A stretch of DNA of 32,731 nucleotides from Deltaproteobacteria bacterium RBG_16_54_11 (GTDB taxonomy: Bacteria; Desulfobacterota; B13-G15; RBG-16-54-18): the NCBI GenBank assembly GCA_001797905.1, contig MGQS01000032.1:1-32731 (forward strand), read 5' to 3'. The translations under genes were made by a program, and so were the position numbers. Of the stretch, positions 25,596-32,731 are shown in pieces (the stretch's first letter is position 1; the number at the start of each line of letters is the position of its first letter). Below the pieces are notes generated by a model. The model was not told where the DNA came from. It did not search any database and saw nothing but the letters and a program-made list of their open reading frames with translations.

Positions 25596-28343
25596 ATGCC
25601 CAAGTACGTCTTTTTCTTCGGTCAGGGCAAGGCCGACGGCAACGCCGGGATGAAGGACCTGTTGGGCGGCAAAGGGGCCAACCTGGCGGAGATGACCAAC
25701 CTCGGCGTACCCGTTCCCTCTGGTTTCACCATCTCGACGGAGATATGCGGTTATTACGAAAAACACGCAGGGGCGTATCCCCCTGAGCTGGAGAAGGAGG
25801 TGGAGGCGGCCCTCGCCAAGGTGGAGCGGGTCATGGGATCAAAGTTCGGCGATCCGGAGAACCCCCTGCTTCTCTCGGTGCGCTCGGGCGCTGCCCGCAG
25901 CATGCCCGGGATGATGGATACCATCCTCAACCTCGGTCTCAATGGCAAGACGGTGCAGGGCCTGGCAAAACGCACGGGTGATGAGCGGTTCGCCTATGAC
26001 TGCTTTCGGAGGTTTGTCGCCATGTACGGCGACGTGGTCCTGGGGCTTAAGCCCCACGGCAAGGATGAGCAGGACCCGTTTGAGCTGATCCTGGAGGCCA
26101 AAAAGCAGGCCAAGGGGGTAAACGTCGATCATGAGCTGAACGCCCAAGACCTCAAGGAGCTCGTCAGTGAGTACAAGAAAGAGATCAAGAAAAAAGTGGG
26201 GGCCGATTTTCCCGAGGACCCGAAAGCGCAGCTCTGGGGCGCCATCGGTGCGGTCTTTAACTCCTGGAACAACCCCCGGGCCATCGCCTACCGGGAGCTG
26301 AATAACATCCCCTCTGATATGGGGACCGCAGTAAATGTCCAGGCCATGGTCTTCGGCAACATGGGAAAGACCTCGGGCACCGGCGTGGCCTTTACCAGGG
26401 ACCCCGCCACCGGGACGGACGTCTTTTTCGGCGAATACCTGATGAATGCCCAGGGGGAGGACGTGGTGGCGGGGATCCGCACCCCGCAGCCCATCAACAA
26501 GCGGCAGAAGGGTGACAAGGATGTCCCCTCTTTGGAAGAGGAGATGCCTGAAATCTACCAACAACTGGATGAGATCCGGACAAAGCTCGATCGCCACTAC
26601 CGCGACATGCAGGACACCGAGTTCACCATCCAGCAGGGAAAGCTGTGGATGCTCCAGACGAGGAGCGGGAAGCGCACCGGCTTGGCCGCCCTGCGCATCG
26701 CCGTGGATATGGTGCGCCAGGGGCTGATCACCAAGGAGGAGGCCTTGCTGCGCGTGGAGCCTGATCAGTTGAATCAGGTCTTGCGGCCGGTCTTCGATTC
26801 CCAGGAAAAACGAAAGGCCATCGACCAAGGCAAGCTCATCGCCCATGGCCTCAACGCCGGCCCAGGCGCCGCGTCGGGTAAAGTAGTCTTCAATGCCCCT
26901 GATGCCGAGGAGTGGGCTGCCCGGGGGGAAGAGGTCCTCCTGGTGCGGATCGAGACCTCCCCTGAAGATATCCGCGGGATGAATGCCGCGCAGGGCATCC
27001 TCACCGCCCGCGGCGGGATGACCTCCCACGCCGCCCTGGTCGCGCGCCAGATGGGCAAGGTCTGCGTGGCAGGGTGCGGCGCCCTCAACATCGATTACAA
27101 GAAGCGGCAGATTACGGTGGACAGCCATCTTATCAAAGAAGGCGACTACCTTTCCATCGACGGGACCACCGGGGAGGTGATCATCGGTAAGATCCCCACC
27201 CGACCCTCCGAGATCCTCCAGGTCCTGATCGAGAAAAGCCTGAAACCAGAAAAATCAGAAATCTACAGCTATTATGCCGAGATGATGGCCTGGGCCGATG
27301 AGGTCAGGCGCCTGGGTGTGCGCACCAATGCGGACAAGCCCGATCAGGCCGCAATCGCCGTTGCCTTCGGCGCCGAGGGGATCGGCTTGTGCCGCACCGA
27401 GCACATGTTCTTCGAGGGGGACCGGATCGATGCCGTCAGGGAGATGATCCTGGCCGCTGATAAGGCAGGTAGGGAGAAGGCATTGGCCCTGCTCCTCCCC
27501 ATGCAGAAGGCGGACTTCAAGGGGATCTTCCAGGCCATGGGGGAGCGGCCGGTCACCATCCGGACCCTGGATCCCCCTTTACATGAATTCCTCCCCCATA
27601 CACAGGAGGAGATAGAGGAGCTGGCCGGCAAGATGGGGGTTGCTCCGGAAAAGCTCCAGGCCAAGGTGCAGTCGCTGCAGGAGGCCAATCCCATGCTGGG
27701 GCACCGGGGGTGCCGCTTGGGCATCGTCTACCCCGAGATCACCGCCATGCAGGCCCAGGCCATCTTCGAGGCTGCCTGCGAAAAGACGCAAGAGGGCATC
27801 AAGGTCCACCCCGAGGTGATGATCCCCCTGGTCGGTGATGTCCGCGAGCTGGCGAACCAGCGCAAGATAGTGGACGAGAAGGCCCACGAGGTCTTCGCCC
27901 GCTATAAGGCCCGGGTGGAGTACAAGGTCGGGACCATGATCGAGGTCCCCCGCGGCGCCCTGACTGCCGACCAAATAGCCCAGGAGGCCCAGTTCTTCTC
28001 CTTCGGGACCAACGATCTGACCCAGACCACCTACGGTATCAGCCGGGACGATGCAGGCAAGTTTCGGCAGGCATACTTGGAGGCCGATATCTGGGAAGCG
28101 GATCCCTTTGAGAAACTCGACCGCATCGGCGTCGGCCAGTTGATGGCCATCGCCGTCAACAAAGGCCGGGCGACCAGGCCCGATCTCAAGATCGGGATCT
28201 GCGGAGAGCACGGCGGGGAGCCGAGCTCCGTGGAGTTCTGTCACCAGATTGGACTCGATTACGTGAGCTGTTCTCCCTATCGGGTGCCCATCGCGCGCAT
28301 GGCCGCTGCCCACGCGGCCCTCAAGGAGCGCTCAGGGGATTGA
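25596..28343 (+). CDS. ppdK: Pyruvate, phosphate dikinase
   Basis: [33 protein letters not shown].., phospho-His loop [16 protein letters not shown], and a PEP-utilising C-terminal domain (..[11 protein letters not shown]..). ATG 25596 has AAGGAGA 5 nt upstream. Confidence 0.95.
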   Translation: MPKYVFFFGQGKADGNAGMKDLLGGKGANLAEMTNLGVPVPSGFTISTEICGYYEKHAGAYPPELEKEVEAALAKVERVMGSKFGDPENPLLLSVRSGAARSMPGMMDTILNLGLNGKTVQGLAKRTGDERFAYDCFRRFVAMYGDVVLGLKPHGKDEQDPFELILEAKKQAKGVNVDHELNAQDLKELVSEYKKEIKKKVGADFPEDPKAQLWGAIGAVFNSWNNPRAIAYRELNNIPSDMGTAVNVQAMVFGNMGKTSGTGVAFTRDPATGTDVFFGEYLMNAQGEDVVAGIRTPQPINKRQKGDKDVPSLEEEMPEIYQQLDEIRTKLDRHYRDMQDTEFTIQQGKLWMLQTRSGKRTGLAALRIAVDMVRQGLITKEEALLRVEPDQLNQVLRPVFDSQEKRKAIDQGKLIAHGLNAGPGAASGKVVFNAPDAEEWAARGEEVLLVRIETSPEDIRGMNAAQGILTARGGMTSHAALVARQMGKVCVAGCGALNIDYKKRQITVDSHLIKEGDYLSIDGTTGEVIIGKIPTRPSEILQVLIEKSLKPEKSEIYSYYAEMMAWADEVRRLGVRTNADKPDQAAIAVAFGAEGIGLCRTEHMFFEGDRIDAVREMILAADKAGREKALALLLPMQKADFKGIFQAMGERPVTIRTLDPPLHEFLPHTQEEIEELAGKMGVAPEKLQAKVQSLQEANPMLGHRGCRLGIVYPEITAMQAQAIFEAACEKTQEGIKVHPEVMIPLVGDVRELANQRKIVDEKAHEVFARYKARVEYKVGTMIEVPRGALTADQIAQEAQFFSFGTNDLTQTTYGISRDDAGKFRQAYLEADIWEADPFEKLDRIGVGQLMAIAVNKGRATRPDLKIGICGEHGGEPSSVEFCHQIGLDYVSCSPYRVPIARMAAAHAALKERSGD

Positions 28344-28882
28344 AGGCGCTCATCCATATCTGCTGCGCCAACTGCCTGATCTACCCCCTCAAGGCCTTGC
28401 GGGAAGAGGGGTGGGATGCCATGGGGTTTTTCTACAACCCCAACATCCACCCCTATCAGGAGTATCAGCGCCGGCTCGCGGCAATGCAGGCATATGAAAA
28501 GGAGGCCGCCATCCAGGTGATCTATCGGGATGAATATGACCTGGAGGAGTTTTTGCGCGGGGTGGCCTTTCGCGAGGATGATCGGTGCCGGTTCTGCTAT
28601 CACCTCCGGCTGCAGGCCACAGCCCAGGTGGCCAAGCGCGGCAAATTCGACGCCTTCACCTCCACCCTGCTGCACAGCAAGCGCCAAAACCACGAGCTTA
28701 TCAAGGCCATCGGAGAGGCCGTAGGCAGGGAGCAGGGGGTGCAGTTCCTTTACAAGGACTTTCGGGATGGATGGAAGCAGGGGATCGAGGAATCAAAGGC
28801 CCTGGGACTCTATAGGCAAAGCTACTGCGGGTGCATCTACAGCGAGAAGGAGAGGTATCTTAAAAAGACTACCTCATCCTGA
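28340..28882 (+). CDS. queH: Epoxyqueuosine reductase QueH (DUF208)
   Basis: ..LIHICCANC.., ..RCRFCY.., ..[12 protein letters not shown].. are the conserved Cys motifs of QueH. The TTG start overlaps the ppdK stop. Confidence 0.8.
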   Translation: MKALIHICCANCLIYPLKALREEGWDAMGFFYNPNIHPYQEYQRRLAAMQAYEKEAAIQVIYRDEYDLEEFLRGVAFREDDRCRFCYHLRLQATAQVAKRGKFDAFTSTLLHSKRQNHELIKAIGEAVGREQGVQFLYKDFRDGWKQGIEESKALGLYRQSYCGCIYSEKERYLKKTTSS

Positions 28883-28897
28883 ACGCCGAGGAGACGT

Positions 28898-29395
28898 ATG
28901 TTCTATGAAGAGGTATTCAAAGAATTTGAGCTGAAAGGTGTTCGCTATCTCCTGGTGGGTGGTTTGGCTGCCAACCTCTATGGCTGCATCCGCTTCACGA
29001 TGGATATGGACATCATGGTCGACCTCGGTGAAGAGAATCTTCACAAGGTCATAGAGGTGATGGACAAGCTCAATTACCACCCCAGGGTGCCGGTCTCATC
29101 AGAAGAATTGACGAAAGAGGAAAGGCGTCAGGAGTGGCTTAAAGAAAAGGATGCTAAGGTCTTTACCTTTATACATCGTCAAAAACCCTTTCGTCAGGTT
29201 GATCTCTTCCTCTCAAATCCCATTGACTTCGATGAGGCGTTCATGAAAAAACAGACGATATCCATTGAGGAGTGGATCACCGTAGATTTGATCTCCCTTG
29301 ATGACTTAATCGTATTGAAGAATATCTCTGGGAGGCCGAGGGACCTTGAAGACATAAAACACCTCAAAAGGATTAAAGATTTGAGGGGAACATGA
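28898..29395 (+). CDS. Minimal nucleotidyltransferase-fold protein of uncharacterised family
   Basis: ..YLLVGGLAANLYGCIRFTMDMDIMV.. is a G-G..G..R.T.D.D pol-beta-type NTase motif. The C-terminal ..ISLDDLIVLKNISGRPRDLEDIKHL.. is typical of stand-alone NTases found in toxin-antitoxin-like pairs. RBS GAGGAG upstream. Low GC. Confidence 0.6.
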   Translation: MFYEEVFKEFELKGVRYLLVGGLAANLYGCIRFTMDMDIMVDLGEENLHKVIEVMDKLNYHPRVPVSSEELTKEERRQEWLKEKDAKVFTFIHRQKPFRQVDLFLSNPIDFDEAFMKKQTISIEEWITVDLISLDDLIVLKNISGRPRDLEDIKHLKRIKDLRGT

Positions 29396-29646
29396 TTCTT
29401 GCAGATCTCTTTCGCTATGCCTATATAAGGAGGCCGCTGACCGAGGTTTATTCCAAGCCTGAGGAGGTACCCGAAGAATTTTGGTACGATTGGTGGAAAG
29501 ACGCCTATGACTATCAGCGGGAACAGGATGAAGAAGAGCTCAGAGGTCACCTCACGATGACACCCAGAGATATCCTTACCTGGCTGGAGGAGGCGGCGGA
29601 GTTCGTTTGGAAGTGCAAAAGGATACATCGGACGATTTCCCCTTGA
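29392..29646 (+). CDS. Small acidic, Trp-rich hypothetical protein, translationally coupled to the NTase gene
   Basis: ATGA overlap with the upstream stop and RBS GAGGGGA. 84 aa (..EEFWYDWWKDAYDYQREQDEEE..TPRDILTWLEEAAEF..). I recognise no family. Confidence 0.5.
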   Translation: MILADLFRYAYIRRPLTEVYSKPEEVPEEFWYDWWKDAYDYQREQDEEELRGHLTMTPRDILTWLEEAAEFVWKCKRIHRTISP

Positions 29647-29661
29647 GCACGAGGTAATAGG

Positions 29662-29883
29662 ATGCCCTCTTTCGGTAGTCTCGGAAAGTTCCTCATTATC
29701 TTTGGCATATGCCTCGCGGTGATAGGGTTAATTCTGATCCTCGGAGATAAGATCCCCTGGATCGGGAGACTTCCCGGTGATATCTATATCAAGCGTGATA
29801 AGTTCACCTTCTACTTCCCCCTCATGACCAGCATCATCATCAGCCTCCTGCTGACCCTCCTCTTTGCCCTCTTCAGAAAATAA
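29662..29883 (+). CDS. DUF2905-family small membrane protein
   Basis: 73 aa with two transmembrane helices. ..WIGRLPGDIYIKRDKFTFYFPLMTSIIISL.. matches the DUF2905 signature. Confidence 0.75.
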   Translation: MPSFGSLGKFLIIFGICLAVIGLILILGDKIPWIGRLPGDIYIKRDKFTFYFPLMTSIIISLLLTLLFALFRK

Positions 29884-29962
29884 GCCCCCTGGTCCCTACC
29901 TGAGCCCCCTTTCCCCAGACCCAAGGATTTGAGAGGAATATTCTGTTATTTCCGTGGTGTTC
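29881..29962 (+). repeat. Copy A of an 82-nt direct repeat that begins exactly at a stop codon
   Basis: TAAGCCCCCTGGTCCCTACCTGAGCCCCCTTTCCCCAGACCCAAGGATTTGAGAGGAATATTCTGTTATTTCCGTGGTGTTC. It differs from 30714-30794 at 3 substitutions and 1 indel. Confidence 0.85.
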
Positions 29963-30205
29963 TGTCGCTTTGCGACATCTCCCGTTTTAAGGGACCCCGT
30001 TGTCCACAAAAATCATATTGAGGTGCGGGGCCGTCATTCATATTTTGCCGCCTTGCGGCATGATGTCATTAGAAAGATTTAAAGGAGCATCATTATACAA
30101 AGTCCCCCACTATATCGTAGGGCGATACATCCCAACATTTATATTTTGTAGAAAGCTGAGAGGGACATTCGGATAGTTTTAAAGAGGGGATGTCGCAAAG
30201 CGACA
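29963..30205. mobile_element. MITE-like 243-bp element bounded by 17-bp inverted termini (TGTCGCTTTGCGACATC), non-coding
   Basis: The left end at 29963-29979 equals the reverse complement of 30189-30205. It interrupts copy A of the repeat module relative to the uninterrupted copy at 30714-30831. An internal palindrome TGCCGCCTTGCGGCA lies at about 30046-30060. I see no target-site duplication. Confidence 0.35.
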
Positions 30206-30260
30206 CAGTGCGGGACGTGAAAATTCCGTGGTGAGATTTCGCTTTTGTTATATTCGGTTT

Positions 30261-30330
30261 AGAAGAAATATTCTGTTTTTTCCGTGTTATTCCGTGAAAA
30301 TTCCGTGGTAAAATTCTTGTTGTGCCATGG
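30261..30330 (+). repeat. Partial copy of the repeat module (GAATATTCT...TTCCGTG x3...TTGTTGTGCCATG)
   Basis: It aligns with 30764-30831: AGAAGAAATATTCTGTTTTTTCCGTGTTATTCCGTGAAAATTCCGTGGTAAAATTCTTGTTGTGCCATGG. Confidence 0.7.
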
Positions 30331-30542
30331 ACGAGAAGGCCGGGACGTTGTTGACTAGCTTGACAAGGATTCGAGGTGGGGGCAGGCTTGCGATGGTGCT
30401 CAAACCCCGACTTCAGCGGGACTACGCCGCCCCTCCTTGTTACCCGTTAACTACGGACAAAGTACCAAAAAACATACGCCTATTCCAATCCTTTACCTAT
30501 GCTGCTATACTATGATATCGTATATCAAGGAAGGAGGGAAAT

Positions 30543-30716
30543 ATGAGCAAATCCCAACCGCGTTACATAGTAGATGAAAGCGGCAACAAAACCGCAGTAG
30601 TGATACCTGTCGAGGAATATGAAGATCTTCTAGAGGATGTGCATGACCTCGCCATTATTGCTGAACGTAAAAACGAATCCACCATAAGCTTTGATGAGTT
30701 AAAGAAGCGTGTGTAA
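30543..30716 (+). CDS. Putative type II antitoxin (Phd/YefM- or RelB-like), 57 aa, with no cognate toxin gene
   Basis: Absent from the ORF track (<60 aa). RBS GGAAGGAGGG lies 5-6 nt upstream of ATG 30543. Translation: MSKSQPRYIVDESGNKTAVVIPVEEYEDLLEDVHDLAIIAERKNESTISFDELKKRV*. The ..AVVIPVEEYEDLLEDxxDL.. pattern is characteristic of antitoxin N-terminal domains. Confidence 0.6.
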   Translation: MSKSQPRYIVDESGNKTAVVIPVEEYEDLLEDVHDLAIIAERKNESTISFDELKKRV

Positions 30717-30831
30717 GCCCCCTGGTCCCTACCTGAGCCCCCTTTCCCCAGCCCCAAGGATTTAGAGGAATATTCTATTATTTCCGTGGCGTTCCATGAA
30801 AACTCCGTGGTGAAATTTTTGTTGTGCCATG
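30714..30831 (+). repeat. Copy B of the repeat module, uninterrupted, beginning at the antitoxin stop codon
   Basis: 30714-30794 matches 29881-29962. 30764-30831 matches 30261-30330. Confidence 0.85.
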
Positions 30832-30980
30832 TCCCCTAAGGACTCCATATTTTGGGTAAAATTTATGCTTGCTTTTTCCCTCTTATTTTGTTATAAATTT
30901 CACGAATATCCCTTGGACGGCGTTGAGAAAATACCTGAGATCACACGAGGGCAGTTAAAAACATTTTTTTTGATTTTAAG

Positions 30981-30996
30981 TGTGAAACTATTCACA
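30981..30996. promoter_or_regulatory. Perfect CRP/FNR-family palindrome TGTGA-N6-TCACA upstream of the MFS transporter gene
   Basis: TGTGAAACTATTCACA. Its 3' end is 40 nt before ATG 31037. Confidence 0.55.
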
Positions 30997-31036
30997 AAAA
31001 AGCAGCAAACAATTAACTCATCAAGGAGGTTATAAT

Positions 31037-32296
31037 ATGGCACAAAAGGTTAAGAATAAGGGCTGGAGTGTCACCTTCAGCGGGACAGGGATCAACCTTG
31101 CCCTGGGCATCCTCTATACGTGGAGCATCTTCAAGGTGGCGATCAAGCAATCCATTGAGGCTGGGGGTACAGGCGCATTCAGCTGGGACCTCGCTAAGCT
31201 CAATGACCCCTACGCCGCCTGTTGTCTCGTCTTTGCCTTTGCCATGATTTTGGCAGGGAAGTGTCAGGATAAGTTCGGCCCCCGCATTACCGCCTTCATC
31301 GGTGGTATCCTTGTGGGATTAGGTTTTCTCTTGATCTCGCAGACCACAAATTATTACCTCTGGATTCTGGGTTTCGGCGTCCTGGCCGGTGCGGGAATCG
31401 GCTTCGGATACTCCTCGGCAACCCCGCCTGCGCTCAAATGGTTCCCGCCGCAAAAGACGGGATTGATCGCCGGCTTGGTGGTCGCCGGTTTCGGCCTTGC
31501 CTCCGTCTATATCGCACCCTTATCAAAATATCTCTTGCAAATCTGGGGGCTGCAAAGCGCCATGCTCTTTTTCGCAATAGCCTTTTTGATCGTCGTGTGC
31601 TCACTTTCCCTGCTCCTGGTAAACCCACCAGCCGGATATGTGCCCAAAGGCAAGGCTAAAGCAGGCAAAAAAGCTCCTGTCGTGGCAGCCCAAACCGAAG
31701 CCTCACCATCGCACATGATAAAGACATTGGCTTTCTGTAAGATATGGTTTATCTATTTTATCGGGGCCGGCGCCGGACTGATGGTGATCAGCAGCGTTTC
31801 GGACATGGCTAAGAAGAGTATGGGAGAACTAGCCTTTGTGGCCGTAGCCATTTTGGCCATTGGTAATGCAGGCGGCCGGATCATCGCCGGCCTGATATCG
31901 GACAAGATCGGCCGCAAGGCGACCCTCATCATCATGCTGTCGTTCCAGGCAATCCTCATGCTCGTCGCCATCCCCGTGGTAGGCGCTGAACAGACAAGCG
32001 CCCTTGTGATGGTCCTGCTGGCCACCTTTGTCGGCTTCAACTACGGGACCAATCTCTCCCTCTTCCCCGCCTTGACAAAGGACAAGTGGGGACTCAAGAA
32101 CTTCGGCATCAACTACGGCATCGTGTTTACCGCCTGGGGTGTGGGCGGATTTGTCATGAGCCGGCTGTCGCAGATGTTGTACGCCAGCAGCAAGAGTTAT
32201 ACCTCATCTTTTTTGACGGCGGTTGCCTTCCTCATCGTCGGCGTCATCATCACGTTGACGCTCAAGACAAGGACGGCAAAGGCTGAAAAGAGATAG
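31037..32296 (+). CDS. MFS transporter, oxalate/formate antiporter (OFA)-like family
   Basis: 419 aa with about 12 transmembrane segments. N-terminal ..GWSVTFSGTGINLALGILYTWSIF.. and ..GKCQDKFGPRITAFIGG.. are typical of OFA-type MFS. Strong RBS AAGGAGG. Confidence 0.8.
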   Translation: MAQKVKNKGWSVTFSGTGINLALGILYTWSIFKVAIKQSIEAGGTGAFSWDLAKLNDPYAACCLVFAFAMILAGKCQDKFGPRITAFIGGILVGLGFLLISQTTNYYLWILGFGVLAGAGIGFGYSSATPPALKWFPPQKTGLIAGLVVAGFGLASVYIAPLSKYLLQIWGLQSAMLFFAIAFLIVVCSLSLLLVNPPAGYVPKGKAKAGKKAPVVAAQTEASPSHMIKTLAFCKIWFIYFIGAGAGLMVISSVSDMAKKSMGELAFVAVAILAIGNAGGRIIAGLISDKIGRKATLIIMLSFQAILMLVAIPVVGAEQTSALVMVLLATFVGFNYGTNLSLFPALTKDKWGLKNFGINYGIVFTAWGVGGFVMSRLSQMLYASSKSYTSSFLTAVAFLIVGVIITLTLKTRTAKAEKR

Positions 32297-32342
32297 AGGA
32301 AACAAAGGCGAATCGGCTATACGGTTATCGCTATTTAAAAAG

Positions 32343-32377
32343 GTGCCCAGGGAACTCAGATCCCCGGGCACTTTTTT
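32343..32377 (+). terminator. Intrinsic terminator between convergent genes, possibly bidirectional
   Basis: GTGCCCaGGG-aactcagat-CCCcGGGCAC followed by TTTTTT. An A-run lies on the 5' side. Confidence 0.75.
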
Positions 32378-32420
32378 ATGTGAGCCACATGAAACTGTCT
32401 GAAATGTTTCTTGCCAAACG

Positions 32421-32731
32421 TTATGCGCCGCCTTGCGGTGCGGCAGCGCCCTGTCTGGCGACAAAGCCCTGGGTCTGCAGCCCGGTGGCAGACGGCGTGC
32501 CGGCGATTTGGGCAAGATACGTCTCTCCGAGCTTCTTGATGTGATCGTCGACATTGTCAAAGTAATTGAAATGTATCTGCTCTTCATCGATGATGGCTTC
32601 AAAAAGCTTCACACTCGTGCTGTCGCCGTTTTCCCTGCACACCAACAGGAATTGATTATAGGCATCGACGGTATCGTCCTCGAGCTTGGCATCAAAAGGA
32701 AAAATGAACTCGATCTTCTGCCCTTTCTGGG
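32421..32731 (-). CDS. Bacterioferritin/ferritin-like protein, C-terminal part (the gene continues beyond the right edge)
   Basis: The frame is open to the window edge: QKGQKIEFIFPFDAKLEDDTVDAYNQFLLVCRENGDSTSVKLFEAIIDEEQIHFNYFDNVDDHIKKLGETYLAQIAG... The ..IIDEEQIHFNYF..KLG..YL.. pattern parallels the last helices of bacterioferritin (..EEEHIDWLE..). Confidence 0.6.
   Translation of the reverse strand, partial: QKGQKIEFIFPFDAKLEDDTVDAYNQFLLVCRENGDSTSVKLFEAIIDEEQIHFNYFDNVDDHIKKLGETYLAQIAGTPSATGLQTQGFVARQGAAAPQGGA

Noticed and set aside
20604-28313. Minus-strand ORFs 20604-21443, 24148-25107, 25839-27128 and 27579-28313
   Set aside because: All are antisense to ftsK, glyS or ppdK, which carry diagnostic motifs. 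All have Gly/Asp/His/Leu/Pro-rich low-complexity translations and no RBS.
29963-30060. CooA/CRP-type operator reading of TGTCGC-TTT-GCGACA and TGCCGC-CTT-GCGGCA
   Set aside because: The half-sites are separated by 5 nt (15-bp palindromes) rather than the 6-nt spacing of CRP-family sites. They are better explained as the hairpin termini and interior of a repeat element.
29881-30831. Integron attC sites or a CRISPR array as an explanation for the repeats
   Set aside because: The 82-nt repeat has no R''/L''-L'/R' inverted-repeat architecture and no GTTRRRY core that I could find. The TTCCGTG repeats are only 7-8 nt long with irregular spacing, and there are no regular spacers or cas genes.
30327-31035. 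ORFs 30327-30515 (+), 30563-30757 (-) and 30829-31035 (+)
   Set aside because: None has an RBS. The first and third start inside repeat copies (..GTGCCATG) and cover promoter regions. The second is antisense to the better-supported antitoxin ORF.

Overview
Chromosomal window from an anaerobe. The gene content (MetF/MetV/MvhD, CooC, split archaeal-type glutamate synthase, RNase J, GlyQ/GlyS, PpdK, QueH) suggests a sulfate-reducer or syntroph-like lineage, but I cannot assign taxonomy from sequence alone. Layout: (1) 0.4-5.8 kb, plus strand, nitrogen-sensing cluster of a Gcw_chp/TorF-type outer-membrane porin, amtB, glnK and glnD. (2) 5.9-15.4 kb, minus strand, two transcription units: a stand-alone FMN-type GltB-like gene, then mvhD-metV-metF fused in one tight operon with three split glutamate-synthase genes. 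(3) 15.6-15.8 kb, a promoter-driven structured small-RNA candidate. (4) 16.0-28.9 kb, GC-rich housekeeping run of cooC, plsC, rnj, ftsK, recO, glyQ, glyS, ppdK and queH. (5) 28.9-31.0 kb, low-GC accessory islet with a minimal nucleotidyltransferase plus an overlapping 84-aa partner, a DUF2905 protein, an orphan 57-aa antitoxin-like ORF missing from the ORF track, and a dense set of repeats. (6) An OFA-type MFS transporter and a convergent partial bacterioferritin-like gene. The most interesting signals are three. First, MTHFR (MetFV) and MvhD sit in one operon with glutamate-synthase modules and no Hdr genes. Second, two paralogous promoter-leader-terminator units precede both minus-strand units, and their hexaloop hairpins resemble ANTAR antiterminator substrates. 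Third, an 11-nt-phased direct-repeat box is duplicated upstream of the porin gene and amtB. I found no tRNA, rRNA, CRISPR array or transposase. The long antisense ORFs in the track are shadow ORFs.
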